DNA of 63,452 nt from the NCBI GenBank assembly GCA_027081275.1, contig JALWKV010000071.1:1-63452 (forward strand). The letters are read 5' to 3'. How positions within the stretch are numbered: the first letter of the stretch is position 1; every line of letters begins with the position of its first letter. The notes under the pieces are model-generated. The model was not told the DNA's origin. It ran no database searches and saw only the letters and a program-made list of their open reading frames with translations. Below are positions 18,753-29,242 of the stretch, in pieces. Made by a program: the position numbers and the translations under genes. Source of the stretch: Gammaproteobacteria bacterium. Lineage in GTDB: Bacteria; Pseudomonadota; Gammaproteobacteria; UWMA-0217.

Positions 18753-19214
18753 GTGTTCCACATCGCTCTCTACGCGCCGCAGATCGCCCCCAACACCGGC
18801 AACATCATCCGTCTCGCCGCCAACACCGGCTTCACGCTGCACCTGATCGAGCCGCTCGGCTTCAACTTCGAGGACAAGCAGCTGCGCCGTGCCGGTCTCG
18901 ACTACCACGACATCGCCTTGCTGCGTCGCCATCCCGACTACCGCCATTTTCTGCAGGCGGTGGATGGCAGCCGGATCTACGCCTGCTCGACCCACGGCGA
19001 GCAAAACTACACCGCGATCGACTATCGGCCCGGAGATGTGCTGCTGTTCGGCCCGGAGACCACCGGGCTGCCGGCATCGCTGCGCAACGGTGACGACATC
19101 ACGGCCTGCATTCGCATCCCGATGCAGCCGGCGAGCCGCAGCCTCAATCTCGCCAACGCCGTTGCCATAGTCGCCTACGAGGCCTGGCGTCAGCAGGGCT
19201 TCGCCATGGGCTGA
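18753..19214 (+). CDS. trmL: tRNA (cytidine(34)-2'-O)-methyltransferase TrmL
   Basis: PQIAPNTGNI, RRAGLDY, FGPETTGLP, RIPM..SRSLNL (SPOUT). Confidence 0.95.
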   Translation: MFHIALYAPQIAPNTGNIIRLAANTGFTLHLIEPLGFNFEDKQLRRAGLDYHDIALLRRHPDYRHFLQAVDGSRIYACSTHGEQNYTAIDYRPGDVLLFGPETTGLPASLRNGDDITACIRIPMQPASRSLNLANAVAIVAYEAWRQQGFAMG

Positions 19215-19223
19215 GCCCCACGG

Positions 19224-20639
19224 CTATTCGAACTCGGTCAGCCCCAGTTCCCGTATCTTGCGGGTCAGTGTATTGCGCCCCCAGCCGAGCAGGCGCGCCG
19301 CCTCCTTCTTGTAGCCGCGCGTGTGGGCGAGCGCGGCGCGGATCAGGATCTCCTCCACCCGGGCAACCGTCTCGGTCAACAGGTTTTCGCTGCCAGACTC
19401 CAGGCGCCGGCTCGCCCAAGCGGCGAGCATCGTCTGCCAGTCGCCGCCGGCGGCCGCTTCAGCATCGCCCCGCAGGCCCTGCAGATCGGGCGGCAGGTCG
19501 CTGAGCATGATCTCCTGCCCAGCCGCCATGACGGCAAGCCAGCGACAGGTGTTCTCGAGCTGGCGCACATTCCCGGGCCAGTCGAGACGGCCAAGATAGT
19601 CGATCACGTCCGGATGGATCAGCTTGGGCTTTTCGTTGACCTCGATCGCGGCCTTCTTCAGAAAGTGGTGGATCAGCGAGGGGATATCCTCGCGCCGCTC
19701 CCGCAGGCTCGGCACCTGAATGCGAATGACATTGAGGCGGTGGAACAGGTCTTCTCGGAACTTGCCTTCGCGCACCAACAGCTCGAGATTCTGATGCGTC
19801 GCGGCGACGATGCGCACGTCCACCTTGACCGGATCGTGCCCGCCGACACGATAGAAGGTGCCGTCGGCCAGCACGCGCAGCAGGCGCGTCTGCAGCTCCG
19901 CCGGCATGTCGCCGATCTCATCGAGAAACAGCGTGCCGCCGTGGGCCTGCTCGAAACGCCCCTGACGCTGGCTCTGGGCGCCGGTAAACGCGCCCTTCTC
20001 GTGGCCGAACAGCTCCGATTCAAGCAGGTCACGCGGAATCGCGGCGGTATTGATGGCGATGAACGGCTTGCTGGCGCGGGGTCCGTGCTTGTGCAACGCC
20101 TTGGCGACCAGCTCCTTGCCGGTACCCGACTCACCAGTGACGAGCACATTGATCGGCGAGGCGCTGAGCCGGCCGATGATGCGGAACACCTCCTGCATCG
20201 CCGGCGACTCGCCGAGAAAGTCTGACGACGTCGCAACTCCGTTGCCGCCACGGGCGCCCCGTTCGCGCCGCGCGGCAAAGGCGCGCTGCACGAGGTCGAC
20301 CGCCTCGCCGATATCGAAGGGCTTGGGCAGATACTCGAACGCGCCGCCCTTGTAGGCCGACACCGTGCTGTCGAGGTCGGAGTGCGCGGTGATCACGATC
20401 ACCGGCAGCTCCGGATCGGAACGATGTAGCCTTTCCAGCAGCGCGAGCCCATCCATTCCGGGCATGCGGATGTCGGTGATCAGGGCCGTCGGCGCGCCGC
20501 CTTCGAGTGCCTCCACGACCGATTCGGCATCAGCGAAGGTGCGGGTGGCGATGCCGGCCTTCTGCATCGCCTTGTCCAGCACCCAGCGGATGGAGTCGTC
20601 GTCATCAACGATCCAGACGATTTCGCCTTGTTCTCTCAT
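19224..20639 (-). CDS. ntrC: nitrogen regulation response regulator NtrC (GlnG)
   Basis: [45 protein letters not shown]. Confidence 0.97.
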   Translation of the reverse strand: MREQGEIVWIVDDDDSIRWVLDKAMQKAGIATRTFADAESVVEALEGGAPTALITDIRMPGMDGLALLERLHRSDPELPVIVITAHSDLDSTVSAYKGGAFEYLPKPFDIGEAVDLVQRAFAARRERGARGGNGVATSSDFLGESPAMQEVFRIIGRLSASPINVLVTGESGTGKELVAKALHKHGPRASKPFIAINTAAIPRDLLESELFGHEKGAFTGAQSQRQGRFEQAHGGTLFLDEIGDMPAELQTRLLRVLADGTFYRVGGHDPVKVDVRIVAATHQNLELLVREGKFREDLFHRLNVIRIQVPSLRERREDIPSLIHHFLKKAAIEVNEKPKLIHPDVIDYLGRLDWPGNVRQLENTCRWLAVMAAGQEIMLSDLPPDLQGLRGDAEAAAGGDWQTMLAAWASRRLESGSENLLTETVARVEEILIRAALAHTRGYKKEAARLLGWGRNTLTRKIRELGLTEFE

Positions 20640-21682
20640 ATCGGAATCAGAATATCGAAGCAGGTCTCGCCGGGCGCCGACTGGAACTTGATGATGCCAC
20701 CGTGGGAGGTGACGATCGCCTGCGCCACCGACAGGCCAAGCCCCGATCCGCTGGCCTTGCCCGAGATCATCGGGAAGAACACCTGATTGCGCAGCTCGGC
20801 CGGAATACCGGGCCCGTTGTCGCAGATACGCAGCCGGATCACCAGACTCTGCTGCTTGCCGGCAATGGTATAGTTGCGAAGGATGCGGGTGATGAAGCGA
20901 ACCTCGCCCCCCTCACCCACGTCGCGCAGCGACTCCAGCGCATTGCGGGCGATGTTCAGCGCCGCCTGGATCAGCTGATCGGCATCGCCGAAAAACTCGG
21001 GAATACTGGGGTCGTAGTCGCGCAGCACCGTTACGCCCGGCCCCGCTTCGGCGCTGATGAGCTGGACCACCCGCTCGGCAATTTCATGGATATTGACCTC
21101 CCGCTCGGTCGACACCCGACGCGGGCCAATCATGCGGTCGATCAGCCGACGCAGCCGATCCGTTTCGTTGATGATGATATCGGTATAGGCCTTCAGCTCG
21201 GCACCGTCGAACTCGGCCTCGAGCAGCTGGGCCGCGCCCCGAATGCCGCCGAGCGGATTCTTCACCTCGTGCGCCAGCCCCCGCAGCAGCGAACGGGTGG
21301 CGGCGTACTCCTCCTGCCGCACCGTCTCCTGCGCGATGGCGTAGAGCTGACCGATGGGGTGGATCTCCAGCAGCACGCCGCGCTGCTCGCCGAGCGGCGT
21401 GATCGTCAGGTTGACCACGACCTCGCGATCGTCCTCCATCTGTAGCACGAGCTCGCGGCGAGTGATGGTCTGACCGCCCTCGAGCGCCTTGCACGCCAGC
21501 GTCTTCAGCTCGCATTCACTGCCGCAATAGTCCTCGACGGTACGCCCGAGCAACTGATTGTCGCTGGTGTCGAGCAGCATCTCCGCTGCCGGATTGAGAT
21601 AGATGAAGCGCAGGCTCCCGTCCAGCTGGATCAGGGCGGAATCCATGCTGTCGAGCAGGAGCTTGAAATCGGGTTGCTGCAT
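20636..21682 (-). CDS. glnL: nitrogen regulation sensor kinase NtrB (GlnL)
   Basis: PAS domain, LAHEVKNPLGGIRGAAQLL, DYDPSIP, DNGPG, GSGLGL. Confidence 0.96.
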   Translation of the reverse strand: MQQPDFKLLLDSMDSALIQLDGSLRFIYLNPAAEMLLDTSDNQLLGRTVEDYCGSECELKTLACKALEGGQTITRRELVLQMEDDREVVVNLTITPLGEQRGVLLEIHPIGQLYAIAQETVRQEEYAATRSLLRGLAHEVKNPLGGIRGAAQLLEAEFDGAELKAYTDIIINETDRLRRLIDRMIGPRRVSTEREVNIHEIAERVVQLISAEAGPGVTVLRDYDPSIPEFFGDADQLIQAALNIARNALESLRDVGEGGEVRFITRILRNYTIAGKQQSLVIRLRICDNGPGIPAELRNQVFFPMISGKASGSGLGLSVAQAIVTSHGGIIKFQSAPGETCFDILIPI

Positions 21683-21693
21683 GTCGCTACCAA

Positions 21694-21709
21694 TGCAACA
21701 TTCGTGCCC
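21694..21709 (-). promoter_or_regulatory. sigma54 (-24/-12) promoter of ntrB
   Basis: Minus strand GGGCACGAATGTTGCA: GG-N10-GC with GGCAC and TTGCA. Confidence 0.7.
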
Positions 21710-21773
21710 GGTGACCGAACAGCACGCCCGGCCGCCACCCGTTCGCGGGCCGCCGTCGCTCCGCGGCGCAACG

Positions 21774-22313
21774 TCACAGCCGCGAGGTCTTCAACACATG
21801 GAAGCTGTGGGTCGGCGAGCTGATCAACACTTTTCCCAGTGAATCGACCACCTGGACCTGAATCGCGTGGGTGCCGCGGATCAGCTGCGTCAGCGTTGTG
21901 CCGCAGGACTTGAGGCCGGTGATCTGCCGACCGTCGATGACGACCCGGATCTCGTGCCCCGCGGCCACGCCCAGCGCCGGCTGCAGCGTGCAGCGCACAT
22001 TGACGACGCCATCGTTGGCGCGCACGGCCTCGTCATTGCCGGGAGAGACGATTTGCAGCGAACGGTAGCGGGGCGGTGCCTTGGCGGAGGGGGACTTGGC
22101 CGCGCCACCGGCGACCGGATTCGCGGCGCCGGATGACGGCGCCGGATCGGTCGGCACGACATTGGCGGGCTTGACCTCCACCTCCTCGACATCGGGCCGG
22201 TTGGGTTTCTGATCGGAAAAATGAAGCACACCGTCACTGTCCACCCAGCGGTAGATCGCCGCGTCGGCGCACAGCGGAACAAGCATCAGACTCAGTGGCG
22301 CGAGAATTTTCAT
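21774..22313 (-). CDS. DUF4124 domain-containing exported protein
   Basis: Signal peptide then IYRWVDSDGVLHFSDQKP; Ig-like C-terminus; usual position between glnA and ntrB. Confidence 0.85.
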   Translation of the reverse strand: MKILAPLSLMLVPLCADAAIYRWVDSDGVLHFSDQKPNRPDVEEVEVKPANVVPTDPAPSSGAANPVAGGAAKSPSAKAPPRYRSLQIVSPGNDEAVRANDGVVNVRCTLQPALGVAAGHEIRVVIDGRQITGLKSCGTTLTQLIRGTHAIQVQVVDSLGKVLISSPTHSFHVLKTSRL

Positions 22314-22368
22314 TGCCAGCAAATCTAGCGTGAAACGGCGCCGGTGGCAAAGGCTTCGATGCACCCAC

Positions 22369-22390
22369 AAAAAAGCCCCCTTGCGGGGGC
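22369..22390 (-). terminator. Rho-independent terminator downstream of glnA
   Basis: Minus strand GCCCCC-GCAA-GGGGGC-TTTTTT. Confidence 0.8.
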
Positions 22391-22564
22391 CCTGCCACAG
22401 CGCCGCTGCCCGCAGAGGCAGGCAGTGGCTGCATGAGTTCAAGTTTCCAGACATATTGCCTGCCGGGAGGCCGCTTCCGACATCCCTTGCCCGACAGACG
22501 GAAGGCTCGGCTTCCGCCTTGCCGACAATCTGCGTATCCACTCAGCTCGTTCGGGATTAAACCC

Positions 22565-22736
22565 GTGACTGCTCAGATTGCCCCTGAACTCCGCCAGTTC
22601 AAGGCAGAATCGCACCGCCATCCATGGCTCCTTGCGAAATACAGTCCATCCGTGGACATAAATGTGAGTTTACAACTGTAAATGACCATTTTCGAACGCA
22701 GAAATGGCGGAGTTCAGGGGTGAGCTGAGTAGTTAC
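22565..22736. mobile_element. MITE-like dispersed repeat, copy 1 (172 bp)
   Basis: Terminal inverted repeats GTGACTGCTCAG..CTGAGTAGTTAC; homologous to 30125-30296, 49014-49175 and 62556-62712. Confidence 0.8.
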
Positions 22737-22739
22737 GAA

Positions 22740-24149
22740 TCAGCAGGAGTAGTACATGTCGAACTCTTCCGGCGTGGTGCTCATGCGCAGACGCGTCACC
22801 TCTTCCATCTTCAGATCGATGTAGGCAGAGATCATGTCGTCGGTGAAGACGCCACCAGCCTTGAGGAACTCGCGGTCGTTGTCGAGCGCTTCGAGCGCCT
22901 GGTCGAGCGAGTAGGCGACGGTCGGGATCGCCGCTTCCTCTTCCGGCGGCAGATCATAGAGATCCTTGTCCATGGCATCGCCCGGGTGCAGCTTGTTCTG
23001 GATGCCGTCGAGGCCGGCCATCAGCATCGCAGAGAATGCGAGGTAAGGGTTGGCCGTGGGATCAGGGAAACGCACCTCGATGCGGCGACCCTTCGGGTTG
23101 CTGACGAACGGGATACGGATGGAAGCGGAGCGGTTGCGCGCCGAGTAGGCCAGCATGACCGGCGCCTCGAAGCCAGGGACCAGACGCTTGTAGCTGTTGG
23201 TCGAGGCGTTGGTGAAGGCATTGAGCGCGCGGGCATGCTTGATGATGCCGCCGATGTAGTAGAGCGCGGTCTCGCTCAGGCCGCCGTAGAGATCGCCGGC
23301 GAAGAGGTTTTCACCGTCCTTTGCCAGCGACTGATGCACGTGCATCCCGTTGCCGTTGTCGCCAACCAGCGGCTTGGGCATGAAGGTCGCCGTCTTGCCG
23401 TAGTTGTGGGCCACGTTGTGGACGCAGTACTTGAGAATCTGATTCCAGTCGGCGCGCTTGACCAGGGTAGCGAACTGGGTGCCGATCTCGCACTGGCCGG
23501 CGGTGGCCACTTCGTGGTGATGCACCTCGACGGTCACGCCCATCTCTTCCATCACTTCACACATGGTGGAGCGCAGATCCTGTAGCGAGTCGACCGGCGG
23601 CACGGGGAAGTAACCGCCCTTGACGCCCGGACGATGACCGATGTTGCCGTCTTCGAAGACCTTCTCCGAGTTCCACTCGGCCTCGTCGGAATCGACCTTG
23701 TAGAAGGACTGACCCATGGTGGCGCCCCAGCGGACATCGTCGAAGACGAAGAACTCGGGCTCGGGACCGAAATAGGCGGTATCGCCAATGCCGGTGGACT
23801 TGAGGTACTCCTCGGCGCGCTTGGCGACCGAGCGGGGATCACGCTCGTAGCCCTGCATGTTGCTCGGCTCGACGACATCGCAACGCAGGATCATCGTCGC
23901 ATCCTGGAAGAAGGGATCCATGACAGCGGTGTCAGCGTCGGGCATCAGGATCATGTCCGACTCGTTGATGCCCTTCCAGCCGGCGATGGAGGAACCATCG
24001 AACATCTTGCCGTCCTCGAAGAAGTCCTCGTCGACTTCGCGGGCGGGAATCGTAACGTGCTGTTCTTTTCCAATGGTGTCTGTGAAACGAAGGTCGACAT
24101 ATTTGACGTCGTTGTCCTTCATCATGCTGAGTACGTCACTAACTGACAT
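22740..24149 (-). CDS. glnA: glutamine synthetase type I
   Basis: [39 protein letters not shown], adenylylation site DLYDL. Confidence 0.98.
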   Translation of the reverse strand: MSVSDVLSMMKDNDVKYVDLRFTDTIGKEQHVTIPAREVDEDFFEDGKMFDGSSIAGWKGINESDMILMPDADTAVMDPFFQDATMILRCDVVEPSNMQGYERDPRSVAKRAEEYLKSTGIGDTAYFGPEPEFFVFDDVRWGATMGQSFYKVDSDEAEWNSEKVFEDGNIGHRPGVKGGYFPVPPVDSLQDLRSTMCEVMEEMGVTVEVHHHEVATAGQCEIGTQFATLVKRADWNQILKYCVHNVAHNYGKTATFMPKPLVGDNGNGMHVHQSLAKDGENLFAGDLYGGLSETALYYIGGIIKHARALNAFTNASTNSYKRLVPGFEAPVMLAYSARNRSASIRIPFVSNPKGRRIEVRFPDPTANPYLAFSAMLMAGLDGIQNKLHPGDAMDKDLYDLPPEEEAAIPTVAYSLDQALEALDNDREFLKAGGVFTDDMISAYIDLKMEEVTRLRMSTTPEEFDMYYSC

Positions 24150-24231
24150 GGTGTTCCTCCAAAAATCGAGAGAGAGTGGTTAAGACAATTCCGGAATCGG
24201 GATTCGGGAATCGGAATGTGAAACCAGTCGA

Positions 24232-24248
24232 AGCAAGATCCCTGCCAA
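24232..24248 (-). promoter_or_regulatory. sigma54 promoter of glnA
   Basis: Minus strand TTGGCAGGGATCTTGCT (GG-N10-GC). Confidence 0.85.
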
Positions 24249-24351
24249 AGCGCGAACAGGATCACGGATAATTTCGCGACCGCAAGAATGCCAACAAAGG
24301 TCCGAACCCGCAAGGCTTGCAAGGTTGCCGGGGCGCCAGCCGGAACGGTTG

Positions 24352-24399
24352 CGCACCAGTTTAGTGCGCCAGCATCAAGACACGCACCAAGGCGGTGCG
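24352..24399. promoter_or_regulatory. two NtrC enhancer sites upstream of glnA
   Basis: CGCACCAGTTTAGTGCG (24352-24368) and CGCACCAAGGCGGTGCG (24383-24399), 31 bp apart and about 110-150 bp from the sigma54 site. Confidence 0.85.
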
Positions 24400-25536
24400 C
24401 TACTCCTGTTCGAAGAAGACCCTTACCCGGTCGACATGCACGACCGACTCTCCGAGGCGCTTCATCTCGTCGAGAACGCCACCGGGATTCTCGGCCCATT
24501 TCAGCGGCAGATAAACATCCACATCAATCCGGCCGTCGAGGTAGTGGAGATTGATATTGGCGATGTCATCATAGAGCGGCAGCGCAAGCCACTTGCGGCG
24601 AAGCTGCCCGACCACCTCGTCCCGCAGCGGCAGGTGGTCGTTCGGCTTGGCGACAGCATCGTCCTCGGGATCGGTATGGATCGTGACATCGGTGATCTCG
24701 TCGATCTTGCCGACGATCGCCTTGCGCACCGCCTCGGCGATCTGATGCCCCTCGGAGACGCTGATGCGCGACGGCACCTGGATATGGACATCGGCAAAGG
24801 CGTTGCCGCCACTCTTGCGCGTGCGCAGCAGATGCATGCTGACGACGCCATCGACACTCTGGATCACCTCCTCGGTGCGCTTGAGCACCTCGTCGTCGAG
24901 GCTCGCGTCAATCAGCTCCTGCCCGCTCTGCCACAGCAGTCGCCCCCCGAGGTAGATGATGAACAGCGCCACGCCGATGGCCGCCCAGGCGTCGAACCCC
25001 TCAAACCCCATCAGGCTGAGGCCGATGCCGGCGATGACCAGCAGCGAAGAGATGGCGTCGGAGCGGTGATGCCAGGCATTCGCCTCCAACATCGTCGAGC
25101 GGATCTTCCTCGCCACCCGCCGCGTGTACTGGTACAGCCCCTCCTTCGACAGCACCGCCAGCGCGGCGAAGAACAGCGCCAGCGGCGTCGGATTCAGCAG
25201 CCGCTCCGGATTGAGCAGGCGATTGGCCGCATCCCAGCCGATGCCAGCGCCGACGATGATCAGGCCGATGCCGAGCAGCCCGGTGGCCAGCGTCTCGATG
25301 CGTCCGTGGCCATAGGGGTGCTCCTCATCGGCATCACGATGGGCCTCGTGAGCCGCCAACAACACGATGAAGTCGCTCGCCAGATCCGACAGCGTGTGAA
25401 CGCCATCGGCGATCAATGCCTGGGAGTGGGTGAACACCCCGCCCACCACCTGCGCCAGCGCCAGACAGGCGTTGACGAAGGCGCCGACCAGCGTGACCCT
25501 GCGGGTCACCTGCAGACGGCTCGGCTCCTCCCGCAT
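24400..25536 (-). CDS. cation diffusion facilitator family transporter (FieF-like)
   Basis: ADGVHTLSD, HPYGHGRIE, AWHHRSD, EGHQI, IHTDP; GGAGGAG RBS before MREEPS. Confidence 0.93.
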   Translation of the reverse strand: MREEPSRLQVTRRVTLVGAFVNACLALAQVVGGVFTHSQALIADGVHTLSDLASDFIVLLAAHEAHRDADEEHPYGHGRIETLATGLLGIGLIIVGAGIGWDAANRLLNPERLLNPTPLALFFAALAVLSKEGLYQYTRRVARKIRSTMLEANAWHHRSDAISSLLVIAGIGLSLMGFEGFDAWAAIGVALFIIYLGGRLLWQSGQELIDASLDDEVLKRTEEVIQSVDGVVSMHLLRTRKSGGNAFADVHIQVPSRISVSEGHQIAEAVRKAIVGKIDEITDVTIHTDPEDDAVAKPNDHLPLRDEVVGQLRRKWLALPLYDDIANINLHYLDGRIDVDVYLPLKWAENPGGVLDEMKRLGESVVHVDRVRVFFEQE

Positions 25537-25558
25537 CTCCTCCTCCACCACCGCCACA

Positions 25559-26284
25559 CTAGAGCTCCCGCAGTTTCTGCTTTTCGGTCGAGGTCGGCTC
25601 GAAACCGCGCCGCTGGTAGTAATCGAAAACGGTGTTGACCACATCCTCCGGCGAATCGACGACGACGAACAGATCCATGTCCTCCGGCGAGATCGTGCCC
25701 TCGGCCACCAGCGTCTGCTCGAACCACGACAACAGCCCGTCCCAGAAACGGCGGTTGACGAGAATGATCGGGATGCGCCGCGACTTGCCGGTCTGGATCA
25801 GCGTCAGCATCTCCGCCAGCTCATCCAGCGTGCCGAAGCCGCCCGGCAGCACCACATAGGCCGAGGCGTACTTGACGAACATGACCTTGCGGGAGAAGAA
25901 ATGGCGGAACGACAGTGCAATGTCTTGATAGGGATTACCCTCCTGCTCCTGCGGCAGCTTGATATTGAGCCCGATGCTGGGCGACTTGCCGCGCTGCGCC
26001 CCCTTGTTGGCCGCCTCCATGATGCCGGGGCCGCCGCCGCTGACGATGGCGAAACCGGCCTCGGATAGCTGGTAGGCGATCTCCTCGGCCAGCAGATAGT
26101 CGGGGTGATCGGTCGGCGTGCGCGCCGAGCCGAAGATGCTGACCGACGGCTTGATCCGCGCCAGCCGCTCGAAACCCTCGACGAACTCGCCCATGATCTG
26201 GAAGATCTTCCAGCTTTCGTGGGTCAGCTCGGTGTCGTCCACCGGCAACATGCCCGGGTGGGTCTTGCCCTTGTCGTGATTCAT
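25559..26284 (-). CDS. LOG family protein (TIGR00730)
   Basis: FGSART, GGGPGIMEAAN, PGGFGTLDE. Confidence 0.93.
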   Translation of the reverse strand: MNHDKGKTHPGMLPVDDTELTHESWKIFQIMGEFVEGFERLARIKPSVSIFGSARTPTDHPDYLLAEEIAYQLSEAGFAIVSGGGPGIMEAANKGAQRGKSPSIGLNIKLPQEQEGNPYQDIALSFRHFFSRKVMFVKYASAYVVLPGGFGTLDELAEMLTLIQTGKSRRIPIILVNRRFWDGLLSWFEQTLVAEGTISPEDMDLFVVVDSPEDVVNTVFDYYQRRGFEPTSTEKQKLREL

Positions 26285-26410
26285 CGGGATCGCGTCCTCT
26301 GGTGGTAGTATTCGGTCAGACCTGGTCGATAGAAGGTCGCTATTCTACACGGAGACGGCAGCAGGCGAGCTGTCTCTCCGCCACACCCCACTTTGCAGCC
26401 GAAGTGTCCC

Positions 26411-29104
26411 ATGACCGATTCCAGCAAGCCGCCGCTCATCCTCGTCGATGGTTCCTCCTACCTCTACCGCGCCTTCCACGCCCTGCCCGCGCTGACCACC
26501 AGCGACGGCCGCCCGACCGGCGCGGTGCGCGGTGTCGTCAGCATGGTCAAGAAGCTGCTGCGCGAGTACCAGCCGACCCACATGGCGGTGGTGTTCGACG
26601 CCAAGGGCAAGACCTTCCGCGACGACCTCTACGCCGAGTACAAGGCGACGCGACCGCCGATGCCGGACGAGCTGGCGGCGCAGATCGAGCCGCTGCACGC
26701 GATGATCCGGGCGCTCGGCATTCCGGTCATCGTCGAGGAGGGCGTCGAGGCCGACGATGTCATCGGCACGCTCGCCAGACAGGCGCGGGAGCGGGGTTTC
26801 GACGTGCTCATCTCCACCGGCGACAAGGACATGGCGCAGCTGGTGGACGACCACATCACGCTGATCGATACGATGACCGACCGCATCCTCGACCGCGAAG
26901 GGGTCGAGAAGAAGTTCGGCGTGCCGCCGGAGCGGATCATCGACTACCTGACGCTGGTCGGCGACACCTCGGACAACATCCCCGGCGTCGAAAAGGTGGG
27001 GCCGAAGACGGCCGCCAAGTGGCTCGACAAGTACGGCTCTCTCGATGGCGTCATCGAACACGCCAACGAGATCGGCGGCAAGGTGGGGGAAAACCTGCGC
27101 AAGGCGCTGGATCAACTCGAATTGTCGCGGGATCTGGTGACGATCCGCCTCGACGTGCCGCTGGACGAATCGATCGACGATCTCAAGCTGCAACCGCCCG
27201 ACGAGGAGGCGCTGCGGCAGCAGTATCAGGACCTCGAGTTCGTCACCTGGCTGAAGGAACTCAATCAGGATAGCGGCAACGCGCCGGAGGCCGACGGCGA
27301 CTACCGCGCCATCGTCACCGAGGAGGCGTTCGACGCCTGGCTGGCGCGGCTCGAGCAGGCCGAGCTGATCGCGTTCGACACCGAAACCACCAGCATCAAC
27401 TACATGGATGCGGAGGTGGTGGGCCTCTCCTTCGCCATCCGGGCCGGCGAGGCTGTCTATATCCCGGTGGCGCACAACTATCCCGACGCACCACCGCAAC
27501 TGGACCGCGACTGGGTGCTCGAGCGACTGCGCCCGCTGCTGGAGGACGAGAACAGGGCCAAGATCGGCCATCACCTCAAGTACGACCGCAACGTGCTCGG
27601 CAACCACGGCGTGACGCTGCGCGGCATTCGCCACGATACGATGATGGAATCCTACGTGCTGAACTCCACCTCGAGCCGACACGATCTCGACACCCTCTGC
27701 GAAAAGTATCTTGGCCACGAGAACATCCACTTCGAAGACGTGGCCGGCAAGAAGGGCGCCAAGCAGCTTACCTTCAATCAGGTCGATCTGGCCGTCGCGA
27801 TCCCCTACGCCGCCGAGGACGCCGACATGTGCCTGCGGCTGCACGAGCATCTCTGGCCGCAGCTGACGGCGATCCCGTCGCTGCGGCAGCTCTACGAGAC
27901 GATCGAGATTCCGCTGATTCCCGTGCTGTCGGGGATGGAGCGCAACGGCGTCCACATCGACGCGGAACTGCTGCGCAGGCAGAGCGGCGAGCTCGCCAAA
28001 CGGATGCAGGAGATCGAGCAGCAGGCGCACGAGGTGGCCGGCCACCCCTTCAACCTCGGCTCGCCCAAGCAGTTGCAGCAGATCCTGTTCGAGGAGCTGG
28101 GACTGCCGGTCATCCGCAAGACGCCGAAGGGCCAGCCGTCGACGGCCGAGGATGTGCTGCAGGAGCTGGCGCTCAGCTACGAGCTGCCGCAACTGATCCT
28201 GGAGCACCGCAGCATGGCCAAGCTCAAGTCCACCTACACCGACAAGCTGCCGGAGCTGATCAACCCGAAAACAGGGCGCGTCCACACCTCCTACCATCAG
28301 GCGGTCACCGCCACCGGCCGGCTCTCGTCATCGGACCCCAACCTGCAGAACATCCCGGTGCGCACCGAGGAGGGGCGGCGCATCCGCCAGGCCTTCAGCG
28401 CGCCCGAGGGCAAGCGCATCGTCGCCGTGGACTATTCGCAGATCGAGCTGCGCATCATGGCGCACCTCTCCGGCGACGAGGGCCTGCTCAAGGCCTTCGC
28501 CGAGGGCAGGGACATCCATGCCGCCACCGCCGCCGAGGTCTTCGGCGGCGACCCGGACGAGATTGCGCCGGAATCGCGCCGCGCCGCCAAGGCCATCAAC
28601 TTCGGCCTCATCTATGGCATGTCGGCGTTCGGCCTCGCCAAGCAGCTCGGCATCGGCCGCAACGAGGCGCAGGAGTACATCGACCTCTACTTCTCCCGCT
28701 ACCCCGGCGTCAAGCGCTACATGGAGGAGACGCGCAAGCTGGCGCACGAACAGGGCTATGTCGAGACCGTCTTCGGGCGTCGTCTGTACCTGCCGGACAT
28801 CAACTCACGCAACAATCAGCGCCGCCAGTACGCCGAGCGCACGGCGATCAACGCGCCGATGCAGGGCACCGCCGCCGACATCATCAAGATGGCGATGATC
28901 CGCGTGAACGACTGGCTGGCCGGACAGGCGGCGGAGGTGCTGATGATCATGCAGGTTCACGACGAGCTGGTGTTCGAGGTGCCGGAGGCGCCCGCCGAGG
29001 AACTGGCGGCCAAGATCGCAAGCATTATGGAGTCGGCCGCCACGCTGAAGGTGCCGCTGGTGGCCGATGTGGGCATCGGCGCCAACTGGGACGAGGCGCA
29101 CTAA
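26411..29104 (+). CDS. polA: DNA polymerase I
   Basis: DGSSYLYRAFHA 5'-exo, FDTETT 3'-exo, DYSQIELR, KAINFGLIYG, QVHDEL, ends WDEAH. Confidence 0.98.
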   Translation: MTDSSKPPLILVDGSSYLYRAFHALPALTTSDGRPTGAVRGVVSMVKKLLREYQPTHMAVVFDAKGKTFRDDLYAEYKATRPPMPDELAAQIEPLHAMIRALGIPVIVEEGVEADDVIGTLARQARERGFDVLISTGDKDMAQLVDDHITLIDTMTDRILDREGVEKKFGVPPERIIDYLTLVGDTSDNIPGVEKVGPKTAAKWLDKYGSLDGVIEHANEIGGKVGENLRKALDQLELSRDLVTIRLDVPLDESIDDLKLQPPDEEALRQQYQDLEFVTWLKELNQDSGNAPEADGDYRAIVTEEAFDAWLARLEQAELIAFDTETTSINYMDAEVVGLSFAIRAGEAVYIPVAHNYPDAPPQLDRDWVLERLRPLLEDENRAKIGHHLKYDRNVLGNHGVTLRGIRHDTMMESYVLNSTSSRHDLDTLCEKYLGHENIHFEDVAGKKGAKQLTFNQVDLAVAIPYAAEDADMCLRLHEHLWPQLTAIPSLRQLYETIEIPLIPVLSGMERNGVHIDAELLRRQSGELAKRMQEIEQQAHEVAGHPFNLGSPKQLQQILFEELGLPVIRKTPKGQPSTAEDVLQELALSYELPQLILEHRSMAKLKSTYTDKLPELINPKTGRVHTSYHQAVTATGRLSSSDPNLQNIPVRTEEGRRIRQAFSAPEGKRIVAVDYSQIELRIMAHLSGDEGLLKAFAEGRDIHAATAAEVFGGDPDEIAPESRRAAKAINFGLIYGMSAFGLAKQLGIGRNEAQEYIDLYFSRYPGVKRYMEETRKLAHEQGYVETVFGRRLYLPDINSRNNQRRQYAERTAINAPMQGTAADIIKMAMIRVNDWLAGQAAEVLMIMQVHDELVFEVPEAPAEELAAKIASIMESAATLKVPLVADVGIGANWDEAH

Positions 29105-29123
29105 AGAGGCGCACTAAAGAGGC
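29093..29123. repeat. 13-bp tandem duplication spanning the polA stop codon
   Basis: GAGGCGCACTAAA x2 followed by GAGGC. Confidence 0.85.
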
Positions 29124-29208
29124 CAGCAGACGACCGCGTGCAGGGGTTACATCGAGATTTTGCAACAGCAAAAATGTGACAGGGTTCCTTGAAATTTACA
29201 TTTTTTTA

Positions 29209-29236
29209 TTGAGATCCATTTCCGCTGTGCTAAACT
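29209..29236 (+). promoter_or_regulatory. sigma70-like promoter of the candidate sRNA
   Basis: TTGAGA-16 bp-TAAACT with extended TG at 29228; AT-rich upstream. Confidence 0.55.
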
Positions 29237-29242
29237 TTGCGG

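Noticed and set aside
22439-22621. Repeated peptide family MAxRFCLEL / FKAESHRHPWLLAKY at four loci
   Set aside because: These are translations of the non-coding MITE; lengths are inconsistent and an indel breaks the frame.
29175-29190. CRP site upstream of the candidate sRNA
   Set aside because: Only the TGTGA half-site is present; the second half does not match TCACA.
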